Of a stretch of DNA of 64,000 bases, positions 1 through 14,300 are shown piece after piece (positions within the stretch are counted from its first letter, which is position 1; every line of letters starts with the position of its first letter). The notes beneath the pieces are model-generated. The model saw only the letters and a list, made by a program, of their open reading frames with translations. It was not told where the DNA came from and ran no database searches. Source of the DNA: Geosiphon pyriformis uo1 (Eukaryota > Fungi > Glomeromycota); contig JAAOMT010000514.1 of the NCBI GenBank assembly GCA_016748015.1, positions 290,487 to 354,486 on the forward strand, read 5' to 3'. Both the position numbers and the translations under genes were made by a program.

Positions 1-20
1 AATCTTTTTAAAAAGAATAA

Positions 21-385
21 TATTATAATTAAAAATCATAGTTTTTATTAATTATTATATATATTAATCAATAATATTATATAATTAACTATATTATTTT
101 TAAATAATAATTGTTAACTTAATTATTAACTTAATTATTAAATTTGATCAATAATTTGATTAATAACTTAGTTATTAATTTAATTATTAAACTATTTTAA
201 TAATTATATAAATAATAATTTTTTATAAATTTTTTAAAAAAAATTAAAAAATTATAATTTTGAGACTAATTATGTACATTAAATTCTTACAAATTTAATT
301 TGTTTGAATTTTTTTAATATTATTTTTATTATATTTAATAAATTTTTTTTTGCTATTTATTAACTTGTTACTTTAATTTATAATA
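21..385 (+). repeat. Hypermutated, internally deleted 'ghost' solo LTR of Gypsy-B
   Basis: tattataattaaaaatcatagtttttattaattat... aligns to the LTR start tgttatggttgaaacacatagtttttattaattat (61531). ttgctatttattaacttgttactttaatttataata aligns to the LTR end ttgctatccattagcttgttactccaacccataaca. Differences are almost all C>T or G>A. Confidence 0.85.
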
Positions 386-1109
386 ATATCTTAAAATATA
401 AATTATTTGTGTTATTTACATATATTTTTTTAATTTGTATTTGTAAATTAATTTAAAAAATTGTTTATTTGTTTTTGTAGTTTTTTAAATCAAAACACAA
501 TAATATCTGTTATTAATTTTAAAAATTACAAAGTAAAACATAAAATAATAGCAGTAATATTATTTTGTTAATAATTACAAATTATTTTTCTATTTTTAAA
601 TTATTTTTAAAAATTACAACTGTAATTTTAAAGCTGATTATGCAAATTAAATTAATTTGCTCTTTTAATTTGATTATTTTTTATTATTTTCATAGTTATT
701 TCTTTTGTTATTTGTTTAAATAGTTAATTTATATTTAAAAAATTCATCTTATATAATTATTAATAATTGAATTAACAATTAGTTTAACAATTAGTTTAAT
801 AACTAAATTAACAATTAAATTTAATAACCAAATTAATAATTAATAACTATAACATTATAATAAGAATGAAATTGTTTTTTAAAAAAAATTTAGTTACATT
901 GAAAAAACTTTTTTGCTTGTTGCTTTTTCAAATATATTAGCAAAAATAGTGGTAAACTAAAATTTTTCAAAACTAAGAAATAAAAAGGCTTTTTTTTCAT
1001 TTGTTAACATAAGAGAAATTCAATTTTTATTGTGACACAATTTTTAAAATATCAAAATACTTTTAAGTAAACTTATTTATTCAAAAAGATCAACATATTA
1101 ATTTCAGAT

Positions 1110-1160
1110 GCGCGTTGATGATTATACGCGTCTAAAGTGAGGATTTTAAAGATTTCCCGC
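1110..1160 (+). promoter_or_regulatory. Candidate G1/S cell-cycle promoter elements (MCB-like and E2F-like)
   Basis: GCGCGT at 1110-1115, ACGCGT at 1126-1131 and TTTCCCGC at 1153-1160, within ~135 bp upstream of the SPC24 ATG in otherwise very AT-rich DNA. Confidence 0.45.
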
Positions 1161-1242
1161 AGAACTTTTCAACCAGAACTTTTCAACCCATTTATCTTCG
1201 AAAAACAGTGCAAAAACCAATTCAACATTTCATTTCATCAGC

Positions 1243-2174
1243 ATGGCTCACTTCTCGACAATTAACTCTGTCACATCCGCCAATAGTAACTTGGTCAGAG
1301 GTGACGACGAAGATAGCAATAACAACAATAATATTGTAAATTTTCCACCATTAGCAGATATGTTTACCAAGGCTCTTGATAACATGAAAGAAACAGAGGA
1401 ACTTCGCAAACGCTACCGGGATACAACACGTGTAAAATTTCAAGGTAACTAGTGTGCTTGAACTTTGTCCAAAAGTGACTTTAATTCATGACTGGTTTCT
1501 CCCTTGTTTTTTGCAATAGAACTTTCTAGAAAGCTGAAAAGTGCACAAGCCAAAACTGAACGGCCCCCCGACTTATCAGAGGAGGCACATCATCGACAAT
1601 TGGATAAAATCGAGACGGAAAATTATAATTTGCGGAAGTCAATCAACAAAATGGAAGGAGAGATTAGATATCCTTTTTCGTTTGATCGATCTTGTTTCAT
1701 ATTATGAATTTTCCTTAATCAAGGCTATTTTTTATCTGTCTACTTCAATGGAGTCCCGCATTCAGACGCTCAAAATTGAAATAGAAAAGCTGCAAAACTC
1801 AAAAGTCGAGGATGAAGTTATTCCCCAAACGGATACCACCACGTAAAATAAACTTTCTTCCTAATATATTATACTGAAAATCTTGATCGAACTTTGAATT
1901 TTCTCAATTCAAGGATGCAACTCTACGTTTATCACGGTCTTGGTATCGAACTTACAGAGGAAGATGATTGTTTAAAGGCGAGAATTCGTGAGTTTCGCAA
2001 TTATTCGTCATTCGAGTATAAGTAATGTAGCTTAATATCCTAAATGTATTTATAAAGCGTTATCTATTTTCTTTCCCAGAATCCTCGTCGACAAATGATA
2101 TTTACACGGTTAAGATCGATGATAAACTTTCACCACATTTCGTCGCTAATCATATTTGGGATTTGGCACAATAG
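1243..2174 (+). CDS. SPC24: Ndc80 complex kinetochore subunit Spc24-like protein (5 exons, 205 aa)
   Basis: Exons 1243-1444, 1520-1667, 1744-1842, 1914-1987 and 2080-2174 join in frame (618 nt). N-terminal coiled coil, then LYVYHGLGIE...NDIYTVKIDDKLSPHFVANHIWD, typical of the Spc24 C-terminal domain. Confidence 0.8.
1668..1743 (+). other. U12-type (minor spliceosome) AT-AC intron
   Basis: 5' ATATCCTTT, branch-like TTCCTTAAT at 1711-1719, and 3' AC at 1742-1743. Removal restores the frame (EGEI-S-SMESRIQ). Confidence 0.88.
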
Positions 2175-2434
2175 CCGGTGCGTGATAAAAATACTCATTG
2201 AAACAAAATGGGTAGACAGAATATTAATTTAATCAAACACTTAATTAGATGAATTTATTCTGACTTGAATCGAGCATTCAATAAGAAGCTGTGTGAACTT
2301 TCGATCAAGTATAAAGCTATGAAGTTTTTCTGCTCAAGCATTGTTACTTTTTTTGCTTATTTAAGCTATATACAAATTGGGCCCGAAACGTCATATGCTC
2401 TTGTTCTTTTTCCACTTCTTCAAATTTACCAGTT

Positions 2435-4378
<1,944 letters not shown>

Positions 4379-4589
4379 GATAATAAATTAAAAGTGGGGG
4401 AAAATTTTCGCCTGTGTTGTTTCTTTAAAAAGATGTCGAGCAAAATTTGATTGATCAAACGCCAATCATTACCCGATTATTAGCAATAAATTTTTCATGA
4501 TGCAGATAAACATCTTGTATTGATAAATTAATTTCTGACTTGAAAACTTTAAATAAGTCTAAGGCATTTTAATACAACAATTTTGTTAG

Positions 4590-5719
4590 CTATGCTCTCT
4601 GATAATCTAAGGTAATCCCACACTGATTGGCAATTGGCGCAAATGCCGCGATATTGTTCACCCTACCGTCCCAACATATACATCCGAATGCATAACGGTT
4701 AACAAGATATGGGGCATAACAGGTATTTAAAGCCACTCCATTATTCATGCAAAGTTTTGAACAATTAGCACTATACTCGCCACATAAGTTTTTACCCAGA
4801 CATTGTTGAGTTATTGTATACTGAACCGGGGTTATTGCCTGAATGGTTTGCTCGGTATAATTTTCGTTAGGTGCCTTGGTACATTGTACTTGTAACTGAT
4901 CTGGTCTGTAGCGAATACAAGAACTGGTAGCAGACTCAGGGGGTGGGTTACCTGCAATGGTGCGGGCACAAATTGCAGTGAATCCTTGACATGCTTTTTC
5001 TGCGTATTGACGGGAAACGGCAGCAATTTGTGGACGTAATGGGATTAGTCGGTCTTCGATGTTGCGTTCTTCTCGGAATATTACTATAAAAGTGGGTGGT
5101 AGTGGAGATGAAAATGGTTGATGATTTTTAATCAAAGAACAAACAATTCATAAATATAAAATATAAAATATTAATATTTTGAATCAATGTTTTCAGCCAA
5201 CTTACAACTTGAAGAAACCGTGATACAGGTGGCGTAATATTCATTGGGAACTCCGGTATCGGGAGTACTCGGTCGACAGGCGTTCACTCCAATCGGGACT
5301 TGTGTGGCATTACCTCTTTGTTCGCAACTCGCCCTAAAATCATTGCAAAATCCCCTTTGCTTCGGAATTGGCACCAACACCGTACTTAAGGTAAACACTT
5401 GAGCCGCAGTTAGGGTCTTCACCTCACCCGAAGTACAAACACATTCAACGGCGGCAGTTAAAGCATTTTGATTCAAGATACATTTGTTGGTGGACGGTAG
5501 TACGTTAAAATCTTTACATGTACTGATACACGAAATTGTATAGATGTCGCATGGGCTTTTTAATGATGCCGCTAAAAATTCTGGGGGTATTAAAACCGTT
5601 TCTGTTAATGCTATGGTTGGATGAATGCTGGATGCTAAAATCATCAGTAAGATAATCAAAGAGATGTTTGTATGATAATAGGAGAATTTAGCATCATTTT
5701 GTCGTAAGATGGACATCAT
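4590..5719 (-). CDS. Secreted cysteine-rich repeat protein of unknown function (2 exons, ~335 aa)
   Basis: Exons 5719-5206 and 5083-4590 with a GTAAG...TAG intron at 5205-5084, frame preserved. Hydrophobic signal-like segment ISLIILLMILASSIHPTIA. Four units starting C-x2-[YF]-x3-C. Confidence 0.75.
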
Positions 5720-7160
5720 TTTTGCTTAATTATTAAAAATTGCAGTTTTTGTAGATGTATGGTTAGAGAGGCGACTCAAGAAAAAATCGGAATATGGGGG
5801 GTTTATATTCTCTCGATATATTTACCAGCTACTATTGATAAACTAAGTCAGCCACATATATTGCGTTAAGTCTTAAATCTAAAACTCATATACTAATAGG
5901 CGTTACTCCTGCATATTCTTCACAAAAAAATAAATCTTTAACATCATGATTTCTATGATGTTGATTTCTATTTTGGAATTGAAAAATTTATATTATGATT
6001 CTCAGATATTTATTCAACTTGATATTTGATTTGAACTTATGTCCTAAGAGAATCCGAAACACCTAGAACGCAAAATAAAATGTGTTTTTTTGATTTCTTG
6101 TTTGCCAAAACGAGTGAAAGAGGACTAGAAAATTTGCAAAGAAAATAGATTGTCAATTTGAAAATCGTGGCAATCAGATAGGAAGGCCGGATCAACTAAT
6201 TTTTTACGCATGGTGTTTACACAACTATTTTTTACCTTTGATTTTAAAGTCTTGGCATTTTTCAATAATACGGGAAATGGTTCGTGAGACGAAATTTCCT
6301 GAAAAGGAAATCAGATGCAAGAATAAACTTACTGTTACAAATATCGGGATTTTAGTTAATCTGGAAAACTTTTTTGCGATGTTACAGATCTCAAGAGGTG
6401 AAAGCTTCGATCGGATCGAATTGCTGATCTGAAACTATATTTATTATGTTTCATAAAAAAATTATTTTATAAAATTATTTTCAACACTTTCAGTATTAAA
6501 TTTCAAAATAACTGTTTGATTATATTACATGATTTTTTGTTAAATTTTATTCTTAATTGTATTTTTTAAAGTTTATTTTTATTGTTTAAATTTAATATTA
6601 CATTTTTAAACTGTAATTTTGGAATTGTTATTTTATTTTTGATATTTTTAATGTTTTTGAATTATAATTTGAAAATTTTAATAATTTAATTATTATCAAA
6701 TAAAAATAAAAATTTTAACTTTTAACTTTTATTTACTGATTTTAATTCATATAAATTTTATATCTTATGACTAATAAACTTTACATTATACTACAATCTT
6801 TTTTGGATTCCAATTTTTTCTCAAGCATTATTGCTTGAAAATTTTCTTATCTCTAAAATTATGAAATCCTAGTTTCTTGGAAATTTCAAATTGAATCTGA
6901 TTACAAAAATCTAATAAACTCTGCAAAAAATTGAACTTTCAAGCGAAGGTTTATTATTCAAATATATACGACACGCTATCGATCTGGCTAAGTGATATAA
7001 TACATACGCCTTAATAAAAACCGATTCTTGAGCCACTTAATAGATGAACAACGAATCCTTCAGCCTTAATGAACAATGAACATTATCATGTGATAAATTA
7101 AAAACGTGAATAATTTAACCTTTACCTTTATTAAAACCCAAGATTTCAAATTACTTGACA

Positions 7161-9391
7161 TTATGGTTTACACCTGTCAGTAAACCGTGGATACAGACAA
7201 CAATCCCTCACAGTGTGGCGATCCAATAACCACGCCAAAAATCGCTCGACACCTAAACCGAATCCACCATGTTCAGTAGAGCCATATTTACGTTGGTCAG
7301 TATACCAATAATAAGGTGCGGGATCGATTCCTGTTAATCCAAAGGTAATTCTTATATTATTTTATGAACGTGAGAAAATATTGATAAGGCTAATAAATAT
7401 TGATTACCCACCTTCACGTTCATAGCCACGAAGAAGTTCGTCCTATTTATTAAATTCAAATAATCGTTGATATTTTTATTATTAGGTAGTTGAACGGGAT
7501 TTCTATTCAAAATCTTACCAGATCATTAATTCTCATACTTCCACCGACAATTTCTCCTACGCCAGGCATTAATACGTCTACGCTCTCAGTAATACGATTA
7601 TCATCAACACATCTTTTCATATAAAATGCTTTAATTTCGGCAGGAAATCGGCATAGGAAAATTGGTCTGTTAATTTTATCAGTCATTGCTCGTTCAGGTG
7701 CCTCAGGAATATCTTCACCGAATTCATAAAAAGTTCCATCCTCCTTTTTTATATCGTTTTTCTTCAAATAGTCAATCGCATCTTTATAGTCTAGACGTAA
7801 AAATGGTCTTTCGGGTTTTTTAAAATCTTTGTTTAGTGAATAGATTAATTCCGCTATTTTTTTGTTCGCTAACACGCGATCAATTGTATCGCAAATCAAA
7901 TCTTCTAAAATATCTAGAAGGTCATCAAAATTTATAAAAGCCATTTCTGCTTCCAAATGAGAATATCTAAAAATAATCGAAAAAAAAGGCGTTAAATCAA
8001 TAAACTCAAATTAGGAATCAAATCAAGAATCGACAGAAATATACTCGGATAAATGGCGCCGGGTATGGCTTTTTTCTGCTCTAAAAGACTCGGCGATAGT
8101 ATACACATCCCCAAGAGATGGAAGACATGTCTCAAGATAGAGTTGACTTGATTGAGTGAGGAATGCCTATTGAAATCGTGGACATATGATGATCAAATAT
8201 TATTAACACCGTTTTATAAAAATTCAAACCCTTTCAGACATTTATATCAAGAACCTTTTCTCCATAATAGGCTAATTCAAATAAAGTCGAGCCACCTTCG
8301 ACCTGAGTTTGAACCATAGATGGCGGTGTCACCTCAGAAAACCCTTTAGAATCAAAATGATCCCGAAATGCTTTCAACACTGCTGAACGAACTCTTAAAA
8401 CAGCCGAGGCTTTTTCTCCACGAATAACAAGATGACGTCTATCATATAATAATGATGGGTCCGTTTCGGTATTGATCTGATTTGTGAAGGCGTCGTCACC
8501 ACCAGGTGCTTTATGAACAAGTTCCCAGTAATCAACACGAAGTTCGTGATTATCTGGAGCCTAATTGAATAATTCAGAATATAAAATGATTTGCACTCAA
8601 AAGGGCTTTTTGATAAAAGGGAATTTTACCTGCTTCCCAAGCGGTAATTCACAAATGACACCATAAACTGTGATGGTAGACTCTAATGTTAATGTCAAGG
8701 CGTCAAATGTGTGGCACTATGACACAAAAAATGCTCATTTCATTGAATCGTGCAATAATTTGGCATCTTAATAAGTTTGCAAAAGTTCTTGTACTAACCA
8801 AGATACCAGACAAGAGACATTGAAGGTAGCCATTACCATCACGTAATACCACAAACATCATATCTTTTCCTTGTGTACGAAGACGATGAACCCACCCGGA
8901 AATCTGCACACGCTCATTTCGCTTTGAAATACCCTGATAAATCTTTATCTGAATTTATAATTCATTGAGATCATTCAGCATTCACAAATAAAATTATTCT
9001 TATTTAAGTCGCCCCTTCTGTTAAAAATTACTTTAGTGGCTTTAGGGAGTGAAAAATCTTGAGTTAAGACTATTTTTTTGGCATCTTCAAGTTTCTTTTG
9101 TTCTGCTTCGAGAAGCTCCTTCTCTTTTTGTGCCTTCATTTTTTCTTGTTCTTCTGCCTTTTTGGCTTTTTTTGCCAAGTCTACCACACGATTCTTAGCT
9201 TTCTTGAGTGCTGCACCTGATATATCTTTATACTCTTCCTGGGAAGTCTTTCTAATGAGAATTTTAATAGAGTCTTCATGTTTTTGAAGGGCGAAAACAG
9301 CGGTTTGGTACGCCTGCTCTTTGGTTCCTGTCCCAGTCTCGTCAGAACCATTGGTTTCATCAATGTAGATCAAAGAGTTTGACGACGACAT
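7161..9391 (-). CDS. DED81: Cytosolic asparaginyl-tRNA synthetase (multi-exon)
   Basis: N-terminus [16 protein letters not shown]-fold [21 protein letters not shown], motifs [34 protein letters not shown], and C-terminal [10 protein letters not shown]. Several short GT-AG introns. Confidence 0.95.
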
Positions 9392-10572
9392 TCTGAATAA
9401 CGAATATTTCGTAATTTGGGATTGATGTCTAGAAATAATTAATGTTTAATATCTAAATGTCTGATTATCTAAGATCATTGCATCTAAAAACTTATAATTT
9501 TTAGGCCCAAAATCACATTATCAATAACCAATCAAAAAAATTTGCTTGCTTGTGTTCTTTTTTTTAGATAAATGTGATATTAAAAGTTAACCATTATATA
9601 TATTTTTTTTATTAAGCTTTTAATAAGTGAAGCCCAACCACTATCTAGTACAAAAGGCCAAACTAAGTGGCCAAAACTAGATATAACTCACGTATTTTCT
9701 ACATGTGGCTAGTCATTCAGGCCAGACAAGACAATACTACACACCTAAAACAACATAAGAGCTACAATCTAAACTTATAAAAAAAGAACAGAGCTGTTAT
9801 CGGCCAAAACTAACTGCGAAAAACTTGATGATACCAAGCATTTTAACTACTTCCTTTAATAACAAAGACCTAACACAATGTAACAAACCTAAAACTATGT
9901 TATTATTACCCATCAAGCCTGTTTTCTCTATTTCCACTCTATGTTTACATTTTACCAGCCAAATTTTAGAGCAATGCAACTCAGTTAACTGCCTAACAAA
10001 CCCAACAATCATGTAGAAAGCCTCTTTTTTCCCATCAAAAACATTGACAGTTTTCTTACACTAGTCTCTAGGTACAAATTTCTTGTACAAAACTAAATAC
10101 AAGCCAACATCTGAAGAACACTGACCAAGAGTCTGCAAAACAGCAGAAGAAGCTGGGCTGATAACATTCAACAAAGAAGTTCAAGATGTAAAAGCTTCAG
10201 CCAAAACCTCCTTCCAAATTCCAACATCTAATGTACAAGTAAATACATAATTAGACATTTCCACTTCACCACACAATAAACACAATATGTCAGAATATCT
10301 TCTACTATACAACCTTTTTCTAACTACAACAAACAGCCATCGGTGCACAGCTTTCATCAGATATGTACACAAACCAGAAGATTCCTGACTAGTAAAGCTG
10401 GCAAGCATATGGGAATCAGGATGCCAAATCTTAGCCATAGCATCCCAGTCTATACACCCAACCAGATTACTCAGAACAACATTTTGGCCAGGACCAGCCT
10501 CCCAATAAGCATGACAAATAGACTAAAACACATCTTTAACAAAATGATAAGCATTGTCAGACATGGCCATAT

Positions 10573-11331
10573 TGTTATGGGTTGGAGTAACAAGCTAACG
10601 GATAGCAAGAGAGAACAGGATTGTAGGATGATGGAAATAATCAAAGGGGAATTCAATTTTAAAGAGTGAATTAAATGAGTATAGATTCAATATGTGAGAT
10701 CAGTCTCATAAAATATTTCAGTCGCTATTCTTTTCAAAGGTAACTGGCGAATTTGAAAATAGAGGGATAGTCCATACTGTCAACAAATAATCACACTTGG
10801 TATAATTCTATGCCTTATATTGGCACTCTTAGAATTCAATATCAAGTATCAGATGTGCTCTTCAGTCACGTTTTATTCAATAATCTTCAAATACTTTATT
10901 TAATTATTTCAGAAAAAGACAGATAAACACTAACAAGAGATCTTTTATCCAAAAAATATTCAGATACTTGAAGGTAGGGAAAGAAAAATTAATGATAAGA
11001 GAATGTTTAAGATGAAAGTTGTTTTATTATATTTCTTTGATTGTTGGGAACATACTTTTCTACAGCTAAGAGACTCATTATTTATATAGCTATGAAAAGT
11101 AGTCAACAACTAGGTCAATAATCAAGTTAATGATCAGGTCAATGATCAGATCAATGATCAAGTCAACAGTCAGGTTATTGATCAGGTCAACGGTCAGGTT
11201 ATTGATCAGGTCAATGATTAGGTTATTGATTAGGTCAATAATTACTATCTAAAAATAGATTGGTTAATTATATGACATCAGTGGCTAATACATGTGATAA
11301 CTAATAAAAACTATGAGTTTCAACCGTAACA
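10573..11331 (-). mobile_element. Gypsy-B solo LTR
   Basis: TGTTA...TAACA termini, 4-bp TSD ATAT on both sides, internal 12-mer array. Confidence 0.93.
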
Positions 11332-14300
11332 ATATTTTTAGCCACCAGAAAATGTTCATGTACTCTCACAGGCAAAGAAAACTTAGAACATGTAGCATAA
11401 CCAGTAACAGCATCAGCCTCCACATTACCTGTGACCCTAGAATAACTCTTGACATTTACCTACCTCATGACAAGATTTTTATCTCTAACTAAATTAAAAA
11501 TGTGATGCCTTTTTATCCAACATAGAACACAAAAGTCAGACACAGCCAAAGACATTTCAGAAACACATGCATTAATGACAGCCTGACTGTCAAGATGCAA
11601 AACCACTGTACAAGAGGATGAGATACATTCTAATGCCAGAGTGACTGTCTGCAACTTAGATAAAGTAGAAGACAATAGACTTCAAACCTTAACACCAACA
11701 CTAAGATTTACAGAAGGAAAATATGCAACCATGCTGTCAACAACATCAGCAGTCCCAGCCTCTCTTAACAAACCATTTGTGTATATGTCAAACAAACCAG
11801 CCCATATTTCATGCAAACCACTTTGAATATCAGAAAACTCTATGGAATTCAAAATATCTAGCTCAGATAGAAGACTGGTCCTAGCAGGGACAATCAATAA
11901 AGACTTCATATTCATCAAAAACTTCATAACAGCCACAAACCAGAAAAAAACAGGGCCTTTCAGATCTAATCTCTTCCAATGATAAAATGTTTTCCAATCC
12001 ATTATGTGACTCTTTTTATCAAACAGTCTATTACCAAAAGTGACACCAAAATGTTTCAATGAATGGACCGAGCCAAAGTAAAGAGCATCTCCTAACACAG
12101 AAGATATAAAAAACACACCAGAACTGCGAAAAGCACTCGGCAAATTGTTAACTAAAGACAGCTCATTATTCAAGAAAATCTTAATTACACCAGCCAGAAA
12201 ATTGTCCACAGGGCTAACACGTAACTTAACAAGGAACTACAAAAAGTTTAGTGGAGCCTAACTTAGAACCTGCAAATCCAAAAATCTATGATTGAATAAA
12301 TGCCTGAGAATACCAGAAGCATTGGAAAACAAAACCACAGCAGCTGATTTACACTCTGACTGCAACTGCACAAAAGACTTCAAGCCATATAATGAGAGAT
12401 GATGTAATGCTTCGACCAGAAAATCACATGGTAGATGTGCTTTAGATCTAAGACTCTTTTAAATCATAGCATTCCACTTGCAGCAAACTCCTGATAAAAC
12501 AAAACTAAACTGGATCCTATGACTAACAATGGACTGTAGAACAGCTGAGACCAAATAAAAAAACTACTTGTCAGTAATAACTTTCTTTAGCACCACATTG
12601 ACAAAAAAGTGCACATTAGAATGAGCTTTGGCCACACTCAATTTAGACAACCCTTCAGTAGACAAAAAAATACCCAAGTATCTATGAGCCTCACCCTTTC
12701 TAAATATTAAAATTGGCTGACCACTTATGCTCAAAGAAGCCACCTCAACACCCTGATTAATAGGAATGACCACAGTCTTTCATTGTTGATAGAAATGTTA
12801 TTAATTGTAAAAAACTCACTAGCAATATTCAGAATATACTGCATTAATGCTTGACAATTACCAACCCAAATTGTATTATCCACAAATGCACCTGCAGCAA
12901 AAAAGGAGGATAACCTGTCACTAGTCTCAATTCTACCAGTTTTTTCTATAAACTTAATGTCAATTTAATAACCACACAAATGTTTATGCCTCTTGACTTT
13001 GCATAAAAGGGGATCATAGAAAATTCTCCAGAGAAGAGGCAAAAAAACCTCACTTTGATATAAGCCATCATAAACCCTATATCCATCAGTAAGACTGAAA
13101 TCAGTCATAATTCTATTAACCTTATTACTATGTATGCCACCAAAGAATCTAATAAACCTATCACACATTTTGATCCATTGTAAGCTAGCCTCCAAGTAAT
13201 ACCAACTCACAGAATCATAGGCCTTGTACATATTCTGAAGAACCAACCAAAGTTCATAATCTTTTTTAAGAACATCTTTGACAACTAAACCAACCACAAA
13301 TACAGGAAATTGAGTAGATGTTTCCTTCAAAATAGAAAAGTTATTACCATGAAGAACACCAAACTTGCTGCATACAGAAGAGATTCTATTAGAAAAAATC
13401 TTGAAGAGAATCTTCCTGGCAGTCTTGATCAAAGCTATAGGCTGTGTATTCGTAAGAACTCTATCCCAATCATAAGGTTTAGGAATCATTAAGACCCAAG
13501 TCCTTCTTCATAAAACAGAAACACTACTGACCAGCAAACATGTATTCAACAACCTTAAAAGATATCCCAACATTTCATTACCACCATGCTTCCAAAGTTT
13601 ATTAGGAATGCCGGACAAGCCAGCAGCTTTACCATTGGACAAACTATTGACAACCAAGAGCAACTCACTCAAACTAACAACACTTATTACACCAAAAAAG
13701 GCACAATTCTGTATATAATTCAATGAAGCATATTAACAAGCCCAAAGGTCAGGCACCACCAAAGGCACTGCCTATTTCCTAGTCCAACTCTCCATGATCT
13801 TATCAACATTAAGCTTCACTTCCTCAGGTTCCAAAATTAATTTATCATCTACCACTAAGTGATCCAGAACTACTTTGCAAAAAGGCCGATTCAAAATACT
13901 TCTGATCATGATATCTTTGTCAGAGCAAAAATTTTCCATGCATTTTGAAATTGCCAATCTAATAGAAGCCTCCTCAGCCAATTTTGACTTACACATCTTA
14001 GATCTTCTGTATTCTTTACAAACCAATAACAAATGTCTCAGAACTACTTCAAACTTCTCACCCAAGCCAACCAAGTCAGTAAAAGCATGAGCCTTGATGC
14101 TATCCAATGTCGACCATGTTCTCACAAAACAATCAACTCCAAACAAGTCACTCGAACTAAACTTTTTAACAATTTTGGCAATCAACAATTCCAAACCAAA
14201 GAACTTAGAAGAAAGTTTATTCCTAAAACAATGAAATTTACTAAACCAATATCTCAAAAATATCTTATCAGCTGACTCCATTATTACTCTCTCCAAAACT

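Noticed and set aside
5900-7100. Possible small gene, ncRNA or ghost TE between the Cys-rich gene and AsnRS
   Set aside because: ORF 6238-6432 starts at TTG and has no motifs. I could not align the AT-rich 6450-6900 stretch to any element in the window.
7966-8044. AsnRS intron starting GTATATTT as a second minor intron
   Set aside because: It lacks the TCCTT of the U12 donor, so it is treated as a U2-type intron.
11100-11245. Regular short repeats that could be taken for a CRISPR array or for nuclear-receptor AGGTCA elements
   Set aside because: They are contiguous 12-mers without spacers inside an LTR of a eukaryote, and fungi lack nuclear receptors.
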